A DNA stretch of 64,000 nucleotides, taken from Candidatus Obscuribacteraceae bacterium (GTDB taxonomy: Bacteria; Cyanobacteriota; Vampirovibrionia; Obscuribacterales; Obscuribacteraceae). Positions 8,588 to 18,967 of this stretch are shown here, in pieces (the first letter of the stretch is position 1; every line of letters begins with the position of its first letter). A program made the position numbers and the translations under genes. The notes beneath the pieces were generated by a model. The model had not been told where the DNA came from, ran no database searches, and saw only the letters and a program-made list of their open reading frames with translations. The DNA lies in NCBI GenBank assembly GCA_044226015.1, contig JBGAHS010000001.1:736001-800000 (forward strand), in the 5' to 3' direction.

Positions 8588-10132
8588 TTACGAAAAGTCA
8601 GTGCTGAAAACGTCTTGCGGCTGAATCCACTCGGACGCCACGAGCGTATCAAGCAGTGGAATCGAGTTTTCTCTCATTTCTTGCATCGCTAATTCAAACT
8701 GGGCAACTGTGAGTTTGCCTGCTGACACTAGCTTCTGAGCAAAGAAGATTGAGTCGAGTTCTTCTTTTGAGAGCAACCCTTTATCTACCAGATAATGACC
8801 AATTTCGCGTTCGTCCTTAGAGTCCTTGTGCTTTTCAATCGCTTCTGAAAGCTCTCCAATTCTTATCAATGTAGAGAACTTCAGCATTTCCTTCAACGGC
8901 ATCATCTTTTGCTTTGCAGCCGTTTCCGCACTTGGTCCGCTGCCGTCGGCAGGGCCGAAGAGCACAAGGTCATATTGAAGACGAGCATTTGGAAACTTCA
9001 GAACGTCATGAGCGAGGCACAGAGCTGCGACCAGCTCTTGGAATTGCCACTCATCCATTGTTTTATTCGCAAGTTTCTTGTTGAGCTTACGAATCTTCCT
9101 CAGGAACGACTTGTGAAGTTCTTCAAACGAAGCTGTGGATGGGATGGCAAGTATTTCATAGAAAGTATATTGCTCAAGCTTTTCGCGCAATTCATCAGCG
9201 GTTAGCTGACGCTTTGGTTTCGGCTTTGGCGCTGGAGCTGGCGGCGGGGCTACTCCTCCCGATGATGGTTCTGCTTTTGTGCTTCTATCGCTGAAAAGCA
9301 TGTCCACAGTCGAGCTGGGTTGGCTGCCCGCAGCCGGTGCACCTGTTGCGTTTGCCCCCGGTGTCTCAACCTGTCCAACAACTGATTCGAATGAGTCTGC
9401 CAGCTTCTGCTGTTTCTTTCTCTCTTCTGCTCTGGCTTTTGCGAACGCCAGTGTGTCGCCTGCAGACCAGCCACCAGCAAGGGCTTTCGGTGCGTTTGGT
9501 TTATCTAAAAGCTTATTAGGCGAAGCTTCTGCCGCTTCATCCAATTTAAGCAAAACACTTGCCGTTGCAGTTGAGCGGTCTTTCTGGCGAGCTTCTGCTT
9601 TAGCCATCATTTCGCTCAGCTGTCCCATTTTTTCGTTTGCTTGCAACATGCCATCCATGTCGCCCGCCTCAAGGCACTTCTGCATTCTTGAAGCGAGTTC
9701 AGCAAGTTGCTTTTCTAAAACTGAAATTTCTGGAACGTCGTCATCAGCCGGTTTCGCTGCTTCCACCGGCTTCTCAGCTGGTTTTTCTGCCGGCACTTTT
9801 TCTTCAGGGCTTGTCGCAGGAGCTGCGGGCTGCACAATCTTGTGCTGACCTGTACCGCTTCCCGCGCCGTCGCCCGGCTGCACAATCTTGTGCTGGCCAG
9901 TGCCGCCTCCGATTGAACCTGTCTGCCGATTTGGCACATAAAATCTTGAGAACACCGTTGGCGGACCACCGGTCCACGCAGCCGTGAGAGCTGCAACCAA
10001 CTGGCACATCCTGTTGTGTGCTTGCATCAATCCAGCAAAATCTTTAGCCTCAACAGCGCGGCGAAATTCCTGCTCCGCCCTCTCGAGCCCTTGTTCGATA
10101 TTGCTTATCTGTTCCCTATCTGGTCCAGACAT
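8588..10132 (-). CDS. J-domain-like protein (no HPD) with C-terminal MshEN/GSPII-N-like helical repeats
   Basis: FYEILAIPSTASFEELHKSF...AHDVLKFPNARLQYD resembles a J-domain. IGHYLVDKGLLSKEELDSIFFAQ resembles an MshEN repeat. Likely ATG at 10132 (ORF to 10189). Confidence 0.65.
   Translation of the reverse strand: MSGPDREQISNIEQGLERAEQEFRRAVEAKDFAGLMQAHNRMCQLVAALTAAWTGGPPTVFSRFYVPNRQTGSIGGGTGQHKIVQPGDGAGSGTGQHKIVQPAAPATSPEEKVPAEKPAEKPVEAAKPADDDVPEISVLEKQLAELASRMQKCLEAGDMDGMLQANEKMGQLSEMMAKAEARQKDRSTATASVLLKLDEAAEASPNKLLDKPNAPKALAGGWSAGDTLAFAKARAEERKKQQKLADSFESVVGQVETPGANATGAPAAGSQPSSTVDMLFSDRSTKAEPSSGGVAPPPAPAPKPKPKRQLTADELREKLEQYTFYEILAIPSTASFEELHKSFLRKIRKLNKKLANKTMDEWQFQELVAALCLAHDVLKFPNARLQYDLVLFGPADGSGPSAETAAKQKMMPLKEMLKFSTLIRIGELSEAIEKHKDSKDEREIGHYLVDKGLLSKEELDSIFFAQKLVSAGKLTVAQFELAMQEMRENSIPLLDTLVASEWIQPQDVFSTDFS
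9828..9906. repeat. Coding direct repeat with a 48-bp period (GTGQHKIVQP x2)
   Basis: GGCTGCACAATCTTGTGCTG occurs at 9828 and 9876. Confidence 0.85.
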
Positions 10133-10536
10133 CTGTGTCTCTACTTCCGCAACCTTTCCCCCGGTTAGGCGAAATTGAGTAATTTGCAACTGTCAAAAAG
10201 TACCTGCCAATAGCTAGCTACCGTTTCCCCCATGGAGATTATTCCTTTCTCCATAGGAATATAACTGTTTGGGAAAATTAATCTGTGCAAAGATCAAAAT
10301 CTTTACGCTCTTAACAAAACACTCTTTCTCAGTCAAGAAGCCCTCCAGCTTTCGCTTCTCGCTCAGACTAAATTTGACATAATTCAAGCGCTACTTGCAT
10401 TTTTCGAGTGTCTTTCAAGCTGATCTACGCTGGTATTGCCCATGGTGAGCGACTTCTTGATTTGCAATGAATTACTTTTGAGTTGTTTTTGAGCCATAGC
10501 AAAGCTCTATAATTGATTAGAACTTGAGGAAGTATT

Positions 10537-11190
10537 TTGGACGAAACCGCCGAATTAACGGTAAGAACCCGGCATAGCCAGGTGCAAGAATCGCTAGAAG
10601 CCTTTATCAGGGGGCTTCCGCGCGGTACGCATTTGACCGCTCCTGAGGTTTTCCGCCTGGCAAAAGAAAAGGGGCTAAAGGTAAGTCTTTCGACTGTTTA
10701 TAGAACTCTGAATAGTCTTTCCAGTCAGGGACAGGTTCAAGCACTCTCAGGTGAGCACGGTCGGCGTTATGAGGCTTCAGATGGTGAGCACGAACATGAC
10801 CACCTCATCTGCGTGAAGTGTGGCTTGACCATCGAGTTTGAGGATGACTTGATACGTGGGTTCGGCAAAAATGTTGCCGACAGAAAAGGTTATGAGTACA
10901 AACACTCACGATTTGATATTTTGGGAATTTGCCAGCAATGCCGTGTTCAAGGTGAAGATCATCAAATTGATGCTGCTATCTCAAGTATAGAGAAGGTTCT
11001 CATTGCTTGTGAAACGGCTACGCAAAAGCTTGAACAAGCGCTTGAACAGCTTCAACTGCGCAAGGAAAGCAAAGCAAAAGAACTCATTGAAGCTGCACTT
11101 CCTGTCTTGCAAGATTCGTGCCGTGATTTGGAAGATTGCCTGAATCCGGTCGAGACTGATGTAGATGACGAGCTTGACGAGGGCGAATAG
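10537..11190 (+). CDS. Fur-family transcriptional regulator with C-terminal helical extension
   Basis: HLTAPEV, SLSTVYRTL, HEHDHLICVKCG and GICQQC motifs. TTG start preceded by GAGGA; TATAAT at 10508-10513. Confidence 0.9.
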   Translation: MDETAELTVRTRHSQVQESLEAFIRGLPRGTHLTAPEVFRLAKEKGLKVSLSTVYRTLNSLSSQGQVQALSGEHGRRYEASDGEHEHDHLICVKCGLTIEFEDDLIRGFGKNVADRKGYEYKHSRFDILGICQQCRVQGEDHQIDAAISSIEKVLIACETATQKLEQALEQLQLRKESKAKELIEAALPVLQDSCRDLEDCLNPVETDVDDELDEGE

Positions 11191-11311
11191 CTCGCTTCCT
11201 CTGCTTGCTCTTATCTCCGGAAATTTGAGAAATCTGCAATGAGATTCCGCAAGATCAAATCGTGATTCCTTTTCGTGGATGGTGTCTTTCTTTAGTGCTT
11301 GCTTTGAACAA

Positions 11312-12382
11312 TCAGCTCTTTGAAGCGAGTGATTGTTCAATCAATCTCTTGCGTGACTCAGCCAGTTCCATCTCAGACTTCACGATAATTTCTTCCATAT
11401 AGGAATGTGGAACTCTGCGTTTGCGGTTTATTTCTGCGCGCTTTTGCAGCATCTTTGGCATAAGGCAGAGCGCATTCCATGTGCCGTGCAGCCAGGGAAT
11501 TACTTGACCTCCGCGAACTATCACCACGGCAAAATAGTATGCCTGCCAGTAAATAATTTGAGGCATGAACTTGAATAGCAGTGCCAGCGGAATATTCTTT
11601 ACTATGGTATTCCAATTGTTTTGTGCTGACAGTCGAACAACCAGTGGATGGTAGCCACTGCCTGTGGTGCCACAGCCGAGGTGGTACATGATAGCGCTTG
11701 GAACATAAAGGCATTTGTAGCCAGCGCTTTGTGCGCGCAAGCCTATGTCAACATCTTCGAGATAGGCGAAGTAATCGTCATCGAATAATCCTATATCGTC
11801 CAGCATCGAGCGACGATATACTGCTGCGCCACCACATGGACCGAGGATGTAGCGCTGTTCGTTGAATTGTCCAAAATCTTTCTCGCGATGCCCGATTCTT
11901 CCAGGCAAACCTCCGCGACGGTAGCCATCACCTGCTCCATCCAGCAGAGCATGGTCATCGTACGCAAGCATCTTGCAGCCTGTCGAGCCAATCTCGGGAT
12001 GTTCTTTCAAGACGCGAATCATTTCGCTAATCCATTTTTCATCAACTACAGTGTCGTTATTCAGCAGCGCGACGTATTCACCATCACAAGCGCGAATGCC
12101 AGCATTTACTGCCGGGGCGAATCCTGTGTTGACAGGAAATTTAACGAGACGCACTTGGGGGTAGTTCTCTTCCAGAAACTCAACAGAACCATCTTTAGAG
12201 CCATTATCGACAATGACTACTTCAACTTGTGGATAATTGCTCGCCAACAATGAGTCGAGGCAGCCTTTGAGGAATTTCTTGCCATTCCAATTTGGGATGA
12301 TTACACTGACCAATCCCTTTTTCACGGCTGAATTACTTTCTGCACCGGGTTGAGGTTCTTTGACTTGCATCTGAATATTCAT
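11312..12382 (-). CDS. Glycosyltransferase family 2
   Basis: VSVIIPNWNG, IVDNGSKDGS, ALLNNDT, GLFDDDYFAYLEDVDIGLR motifs. Confidence 0.92.
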   Translation of the reverse strand: MNIQMQVKEPQPGAESNSAVKKGLVSVIIPNWNGKKFLKGCLDSLLASNYPQVEVVIVDNGSKDGSVEFLEENYPQVRLVKFPVNTGFAPAVNAGIRACDGEYVALLNNDTVVDEKWISEMIRVLKEHPEIGSTGCKMLAYDDHALLDGAGDGYRRGGLPGRIGHREKDFGQFNEQRYILGPCGGAAVYRRSMLDDIGLFDDDYFAYLEDVDIGLRAQSAGYKCLYVPSAIMYHLGCGTTGSGYHPLVVRLSAQNNWNTIVKNIPLALLFKFMPQIIYWQAYYFAVVIVRGGQVIPWLHGTWNALCLMPKMLQKRAEINRKRRVPHSYMEEIIVKSEMELAESRKRLIEQSLASKS

Positions 12383-12602
12383 GTCTCTGCAGGTTGTCGG
12401 GAGCGCTTAGGAGAGCATGTTATCCTAAGCCATATGTAAACATAATTATGGCTGGCTAACGTAAGTATCCAAAGTTCCAGTCCCGACTAACCCCCGGCGT
12501 CCTTTAAGCCTCCAAAATTGGCACTTTTGGGTCTTGCGTCTTGAAATTTCATGCTATTCTGAGCCGAAACATTATTTCTGTAGAGCTTGGAGATAACTAA
12601 GC

Positions 12603-13952
12603 TTGTCGAATTTCCGACGCCGCGTACTTCTCATTACCCTTGAGCCGATTTCAAAAAAAATGGCGGGGCCGGCTATTCGCTGCGTAGAAATTGGAAAACA
12701 ACTTGCGACTGAGCATGAGGTCACTGTCTTTTCACCTCAGGCAACAGATTTCAAAGACTCGTCAGAAGTTTGCGCCAACCCCAACTTCAAGCTTTTTTGC
12801 AAAGCTGGAAAGTCGCAGCTCTATCGCCTGGCGCAAAATCAAGACATCATTTTTGTCCAAGCCAATGTGCTCAAGCCTTACCCTGGCTTGACTGAACTCG
12901 GCAAGTACCTGGTGGTCGACCTTTATGATCCCTTCCTGCTGGCGGTTTTGGCTCAGTTCGAGGTTGACAGCGCCAGCGCGAATGCAAGTTATCGCCTCAT
13001 GCATCAAGTCTTGAAAAAGCACATGGTCAATGCTGATTTTTCTGTTTGCGCTTCTGAGAAGCAATTAGATTATTGGTTTGGGCGCTTTTGTGCAATTGGT
13101 CGGCTTACTCCTGAGATGTATGGCTTTGACCGCAGTTTCCGTAAGTTGATTGACGTAGTACCATTTGGTTTGCCGGACAGCGAACCAAAGCGCACCGAGG
13201 GCGGTATCAAAGGTAAAGTCGCCGGAATAGAGAAAGATGATTTCTTATTGCTCTGGGGCGGCGGAATTTGGGAATGGTTTGACCCTCTTACAATTATCAG
13301 TGCAGTGGCGAAACTTGCAGATCGCTATCCTAAACTGAAACTTTACTTCATGGGGTACCAGTCACCAAACCCGCAAGTTGGTCTGATGCAAATGGCTGTG
13401 AAAGCCAGAGAACTTGCCGAATCAAGCGGAGTTTTGAACAAGAATGTATTCTTTTCTGATTCATGGACTGCGTATGATGAACGAGTGAACTGCTTGCTAG
13501 ATGCAGATGTCGCAGTGTCGGCACATTTTGATTTGCCTGAAACCCGCTTCTCTTTCCGCACAAGAATATTGGACTATCTCTGGGCTGGCTTGCCGATCAT
13601 CACCACAACGGGCGATCAGTTGGCAGATCAAATTGATAGAACTGGGGCGGGGCTGGCTGTTTCTTATCAGGATGTGGACCAATTTGCCAATGCAATTGAG
13701 GCTCTCATGACAGACAGTGAAAAATTGCAGCGTTGTGCTGCAGCTTCGAAGAAACTCTCAGAGTCCTATAAGTGGAGCAAGGCTGTTCAGCCACTTCTCA
13801 ATTTCTGCAATGACCCATATCATTCGCCCGCATATCGGAAAATCAAAATGCCAAATCTACTTGAGCGTGCGCAAGCTGTGTACGAACGTGGTGGCAAAGA
13901 CTTGATTGTGCGCCGTTCCCGCGAGCTCTTGAAAGACGTTCTCAAAGGCTAA
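12603..13952 (+). CDS. Glycosyltransferase, GT-B fold (family 4-like)
   Basis: MAGPAIR N-terminus, VVDLYDP, LWGGGIWEWFDP, SFRTRILDYLWAGLPII and C-terminal YKWSKAV motifs. Confidence 0.8.
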   Translation: MSNFRRRVLLITLEPISKKMAGPAIRCVEIGKQLATEHEVTVFSPQATDFKDSSEVCANPNFKLFCKAGKSQLYRLAQNQDIIFVQANVLKPYPGLTELGKYLVVDLYDPFLLAVLAQFEVDSASANASYRLMHQVLKKHMVNADFSVCASEKQLDYWFGRFCAIGRLTPEMYGFDRSFRKLIDVVPFGLPDSEPKRTEGGIKGKVAGIEKDDFLLLWGGGIWEWFDPLTIISAVAKLADRYPKLKLYFMGYQSPNPQVGLMQMAVKARELAESSGVLNKNVFFSDSWTAYDERVNCLLDADVAVSAHFDLPETRFSFRTRILDYLWAGLPIITTTGDQLADQIDRTGAGLAVSYQDVDQFANAIEALMTDSEKLQRCAAASKKLSESYKWSKAVQPLLNFCNDPYHSPAYRKIKMPNLLERAQAVYERGGKDLIVRRSRELLKDVLKG

Positions 13953-14139
13953 TTTCTGTTTGTTGTCCAAATAATTTTCGACTGCTCAGTAGAAAGCCAG
14001 TCGGTTTCCTGTTTTCGCACCACAAGTTTGCCCGCAATTCCCTTCATCACAGATCGAAAGCGCTGAAAATCCCTCTCCGAGCCTGACGAGGACGATGATG
14101 CCGACACCTAATACAATAAAAAAGACTCCCGCTTACGAA

Positions 14140-14400
14140 ATGCCGGTATAGCAAATGTACTGATGAAAGAAGCTGGCGCTGTCGAGGTTCTTGAGTTTGT
14201 TCGCAGACTTACTTTCTCAATCTTGATCAGCAATGCAGATATGCATTTGAAAAATTGGTCTCTCTTATACCAGGATCCTCAAAAACCAATTCTCTCTCCA
14301 GCTTATGATTTTGTCTCAACTATAGGGTATGTGGATGATTTTGATCTTGGCTTAAGTCTTGCAAAAGAAAAGGACATGCGCAAAATCGACAAATCACACT
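14140..14400 (+). pseudogene. HipA-family kinase toxin, C-terminal fragment
   Basis: EFVRRLTFSILISNADMHLKNWSLLY...LSPAYDFVST matches the HipA catalytic NxDxHxKN and LSPAYD motifs. The N-terminal lobe is missing and the frame runs into unrelated sequence. Confidence 0.8.
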
Positions 14401-14495
14401 GTAATAGTATTTTGTTCGAGACCGCTGCTTCATCCTGGTGCAGTTATGCATGGACAGGCTTGCCGATGCCACGAGAGGCGCTTGTGTTCTTGCAG

Positions 14496-16908
14496 TGGCA
14501 CTGGGCAGCTCAATCTCGCTACAGCATTCGGCTACGACGACATTGGAAATGCGACGAGCGTAACGGATCCGAACGAAAATACCACGAGCTTTGATTTTGA
14601 TAACGAGCGCAGAATGATTCAGCAGACGGATCCCTCACCGTTTGGCTTTGTTACTAACTGGAATTACGATGAAAACGGGTGGAGAATCGCCTTAGAAAAG
14701 CAGACTGGTGATGAGGCAAATCCATTTCAAACATGGCAATGGATCTACCAGGAAAATGGCTCGGTAAAATCGACAATTGACCCAGCGAACAATGCCACCA
14801 CTTTTGAATACAACACAAATAACTGGTTAACAAAACGAACTGATGCTGAGAATCGAGTCTGGTCCTACAGCTACGATGAACTAGGCAGAATCAGCACCGT
14901 GACCGACCCGCTTTTGCAGATTTCTGAGACTCGGACTTACACAGAAAATGGTTTGCTTGCCTCGCTCACAGACGCAAACTTCAACACGACAAGCTATGAG
15001 TTTGACGGTTTCGACCGGCTGGACAAAAGAATCTATCCAGATGGCACGTTCGAACAGAATTCTGTTTATGACGAAAATGGGAATGTGCTCACCTATGTCA
15101 CGCGTGCTGGCAGCGATAGCGACCCACCGAGTCCTGGCGACATAATCGTGAGTACCTTTGACCCGCTCAACCGGCTGGATACGAAGCAGTCAGGAACATT
15201 GGCATTGCAGACCATGACCTATGATTTGGCAGGTAGATTGTTGAATATCAACACGCCGACCGACCCTGATGACCCTACCAGTGGTGACTACGGCTACGAT
15301 TACGATTCGGCAGGAAGGCTGATAGAGCAGACCATGCCCGATGCTAAGGCTGTCGGTTACGAACTGGACGACAACGGCAATAGGACGAAGCTAATTTATC
15401 CAGATGGATATTATGCATCTTATTTTTACGATGAGTTGAATCGGCTTACGGACATCAAGCTCAACGGAAGCAGCACGGCAGCTGTCCATTTTGATTACGA
15501 TGATCTCTCCAGGCGAACTCTAGTTACCTATGAGAATGGCTGCACATGCGACTATGCCTACGCAATTAATGATGATTTGACTGCACTGAATCAAGAGTTC
15601 ACCGGAAGCGCTGTGAATTATGGTTACAGTTACAACAAAGTGCACCAGGCGATTGCCATGTCTTGCAGTAACAAGGCTTTCGTTTGGACTCCAGTTGCAT
15701 CTGCCACCACGGTGTATTCCGCTGCGAACAACCTTAATCAGTACCCCTCAGTTGCGGGCACCGGATATTCTTACAACAAAAATGGCTGCTTGACGGGAGG
15801 TCCATTCTCAGCAGCTTTTGATGTGCTCAATCGGATGACTCAAGTCGTGCTTGGTGGAACGACTAACGACTACATTCTTGACCCGATGAATAGGCAGGCT
15901 CGCAAAACAAGCAACTCTGCTGAGACTAATTTCCTATATGACGGGCAGCAGATGATTGCCGAATTTGATGACGGAGATGCGCTCGTAAACCGCTTCATCA
16001 GGGGTAATCGGGCAGACGAGATCTTCATCAAGATTTCTGGCTCTACCAAGACTTACCTGCACCATGATAGGCTGAGATCTGTGATTGCTTGCACGGATGA
16101 CACTGGAGCTGTCTTGAACCGGTACAAATATGGACCATTTGGAGAGACGGCAAACCTTACAGGAACGCCGTTTGGCTATACTGGGCAACGCTACGATTCT
16201 GAAGTGGGATTGTACAATTACAAGGCTCGGATTTACTCACCAGCGATTGGTCGGTTCTTTCAGCCAGATCCGATAGGCACTACTGGTGGTATTAACCTTT
16301 ATGCTTATACAGGAAATGATGCTTTGAATTTGACTGATTCTACAGGATTGGCGGCGGGGTTCGGTGGGGACTATCGGGACGATTCTTCACCTATCGCTCT
16401 TACTATTGTTCAAATGCCCTCCTTATTGGCCGGAACCTTGACAGAAGAGCAAATACTGACCGTTCTGCTTGCATCTCTGCTACCTAGCAACGCCAGGAAG
16501 GTAAATCGCCATTTGACGGAGCGGCAGCAAGCTGAAGAAATCATGGCTTATGCCAGGTTAGAGATTCAGAACGCAACAATGAGAGGCGAACGATTAAACA
16601 CGGTTGGTTACCTGGGAGGAGAGTTAAATAATGCATTGATAGAGTTTGGATTGACACAGTGTGAAGCATGTAACGGCCAAGCTGATACTATTGGCAGCAG
16701 GTTGATTGACAAATACATAAATTCCTTCGACCCCAATTTCAAGGACTGGATAGTAAATACTCGAATGCTACCAATCATTAATGCTCATAGCTGGACTGAA
16801 GTGGTGAATACGAAATCTGGTGCAATCATAACTGTAGATCCATGGGCTGGCACTTTTGAGTATGATCCATTTCCAATGCGGAATATACCAATATGGGATA
16901 AGAAATGA
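14496..16908 (+). pseudogene. Rhs cassette 1: N-truncated YD-repeat core plus C-terminal tip with a Cys-His-Asp pattern
   Basis: YD repeats and core end FGYTGQRYD...GRFFQPDPIG...NLYAY...DSTGL. Homology to cassette 3 starts abruptly at about 14496 (offset 5760). The ORF-track TTG at 14359 lies inside the HipA remnant. Confidence 0.8.
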
Positions 16909-16924
16909 TCTATGAGGATGAGTC

Positions 16925-17413
16925 GTGCAAAATCGTAACCAAAACAACTGCAAGCAGCTTAGATTTGGTCCTGTAGTGTGGCTGATTCTATTGGGACTAG
17001 GTGCATATGTTCATTTCTCTCCATTCAACGATAGACCAGATGGCCAAACCTTGATTAAGCGTTCACAAGTCCTTAACCAAATGAGGGATTGGCAGCTTGC
17101 AGCTATAGAATATTCCGAATCCCACGATGGCTTGTTTCCAAAATCAGCAATGGATCTTAGGGGCTATTTTCATAAGCCAGAGCCAATAAATCCTTTCACA
17201 AAAGAGCCACAATGGCCAACAGACGGACGCATCAAATCTTTATCGGAGGCAAGAGAACGGACCGGTGAGTTTGTTGGAATTGGCGTAGTCGAATACAGTG
17301 TCATTCTTGATAGCAAAGGTCGTCCAACAAGTTTTGGAATACGCGGCGGAGATAAGGATGGAAAAGTACTCCTGGGACCTGCCGGAAAAACTACTTTTGT
17401 ATTTTCGAACTAA
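16925..17413 (+). CDS. Membrane-anchored protein directly after Rhs tip 1 (candidate immunity; pseudopilin-like globular motif)
   Basis: Starts 16 bp after the Rhs stop. One hydrophobic segment (VVWLILLGLGAYV) followed by NQMRDWQLAAIEYSESHDGLFP...INPFT. Confidence 0.6.
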   Translation: MQNRNQNNCKQLRFGPVVWLILLGLGAYVHFSPFNDRPDGQTLIKRSQVLNQMRDWQLAAIEYSESHDGLFPKSAMDLRGYFHKPEPINPFTKEPQWPTDGRIKSLSEARERTGEFVGIGVVEYSVILDSKGRPTSFGIRGGDKDGKVLLGPAGKTTFVFSN

Positions 17414-17420
17414 TAACTAA

Positions 17421-18965
17421 TTGGTGGGCGAAAAATACAATATCAACACGCCGACCGATCCTGATGACCCTACCAGTGGTGACTATGGCTACGATTATGA
17501 TTCGGCAGGAAGGCTGATAGAGCTGAGCATGCCCGATGCTAAGGCTGTCGGTTACGAACTGGACGACAACGGCAATAGGACGAAGCTAATTTATCCAGAT
17601 GGATATTATGCATCTTATTTTTACGATGAGTTGAATCGGCTTACGGACATCAAGCTCAACGGAAGCAGCACGGCAGCTGTCCATTTTGATTACGATGATC
17701 TCTCCAGGCGAACTCTAGTTACCTATGAGAATGGCTGCACATGCGACTATGCCTACGCAATTAATGATGATTTGACTGCACTGAATCAAGAGTTCACCGG
17801 AAGCGCTGTGAATTATGGTTACAGTTACAACAAAGTGCACCAGGCGATTGCCATGTCTTGCAGTAACAAGGCTTTCGTTTGGACTCCAGTTGCATCTGCC
17901 ACCACGGTGTATTCCGCTGCGAACAACCTTAATCAGTACCCCTCAGTTGCGGGCACCGGATATTCTTACAACAAAAATGGCTGCTTGACGGGAGGTCCAT
18001 TCTCAGCAGCTTTTGATGTGCTCAATCGGATGACTCAAGTCGTGCTTGGTGGAACGACTAACGACTACATTCTTGACCCGGTCGACAGGCAAGCTCGCAA
18101 AACAAGCAACACAGCCGAAACTAATTTCTCGTATGACGGGCAGCAGATGATTGCCGAATTTGATGACGGAGATGCGCTCGTAAGCCGCTTCATCAGAGGC
18201 AATCGGGCAGACGAGATCCTCATCAAAATTTCTGGCTCTACCAAGACTTACCTGCACCATGATAGGCTAGGATCAGTGATTGCTCAGACGGATGATTCAG
18301 GTGCTGTGTTAAATCGCTACAAGTATGGACCTTTCGGAGAAACGCCTAGCCTGACGGGGACGCCGTTCGGCTACACAGGGCAGCGCTATGATTCTGAAGT
18401 GGGTTTGTACAACTACAAGGCTAGGATATATTCACCTGCGATAGGAAGATTCCTGCAACCAGATCCGATTGGATTCAGTGCCGGTGATATGAATCTCTAT
18501 ACTTATGTTGGAAATGATGCTGTTAACATGATTGACTCAGCAGGACTGACGGTGGGTGCAGGAGGAAACTACAAAGCTCCGAGTTCGCCGATTGCCGGTG
18601 GAGGCTATCAACTTCCCATAGTTCCTCCTACGCCTCCACAAGACCAATCGGGACAGAATCAGGCTCAGCCGCAAAAGCCAGATCTAGTTGCTATGCGCGA
18701 TGAGGATTCGCGTGGTTATTATCAAAAACGAGACACCCCATACGGCCGAGCCGTTGATACAAACAATCAAGTTTACGGTTCAACCCCAGGACATCCAGGC
18801 AGATTCTACCAGTCACCAATAGCCCCAGGAGATCCCGGAAATACTTCTCCACCACCGCCTATTCGACCTGGAGCGACTCCGGATTACTGGGACTGGGGAA
18901 ATCCTTATTCAGACACCGATCAGCGAAGACAATACCGGTACAATCTACAGATTAGGTTCGCCTAA
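17421..18965 (+). pseudogene. Rhs cassette 2: truncated core plus Pro/Gln/Tyr-rich tip
   Basis: From 17439 nearly identical to 15244 onward (offset 2195). Core ends at DSAGL, followed by a unique ~138-aa tip. Confidence 0.8.
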
Positions 18966-18967
18966 GT

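Noticed and set aside
8182..8692. Five overlapping ORFs (RIQSANPRESS-type peptides)
   Set aside because: These arise because the repeat unit contains no stop codons. The mixed 10/12/13-bp units scramble the frame.
14359..14495. TTG start and N-terminus of the 849-aa Rhs ORF
   Set aside because: It lies within HipA remnant and junk sequence; Rhs homology starts only at about 14496.
14163..14594. Intact HipA toxin or HipBA module
   Set aside because: Only ~80 aa match HipA, the remainder is out-of-frame Rhs sequence, and no hipB is present.
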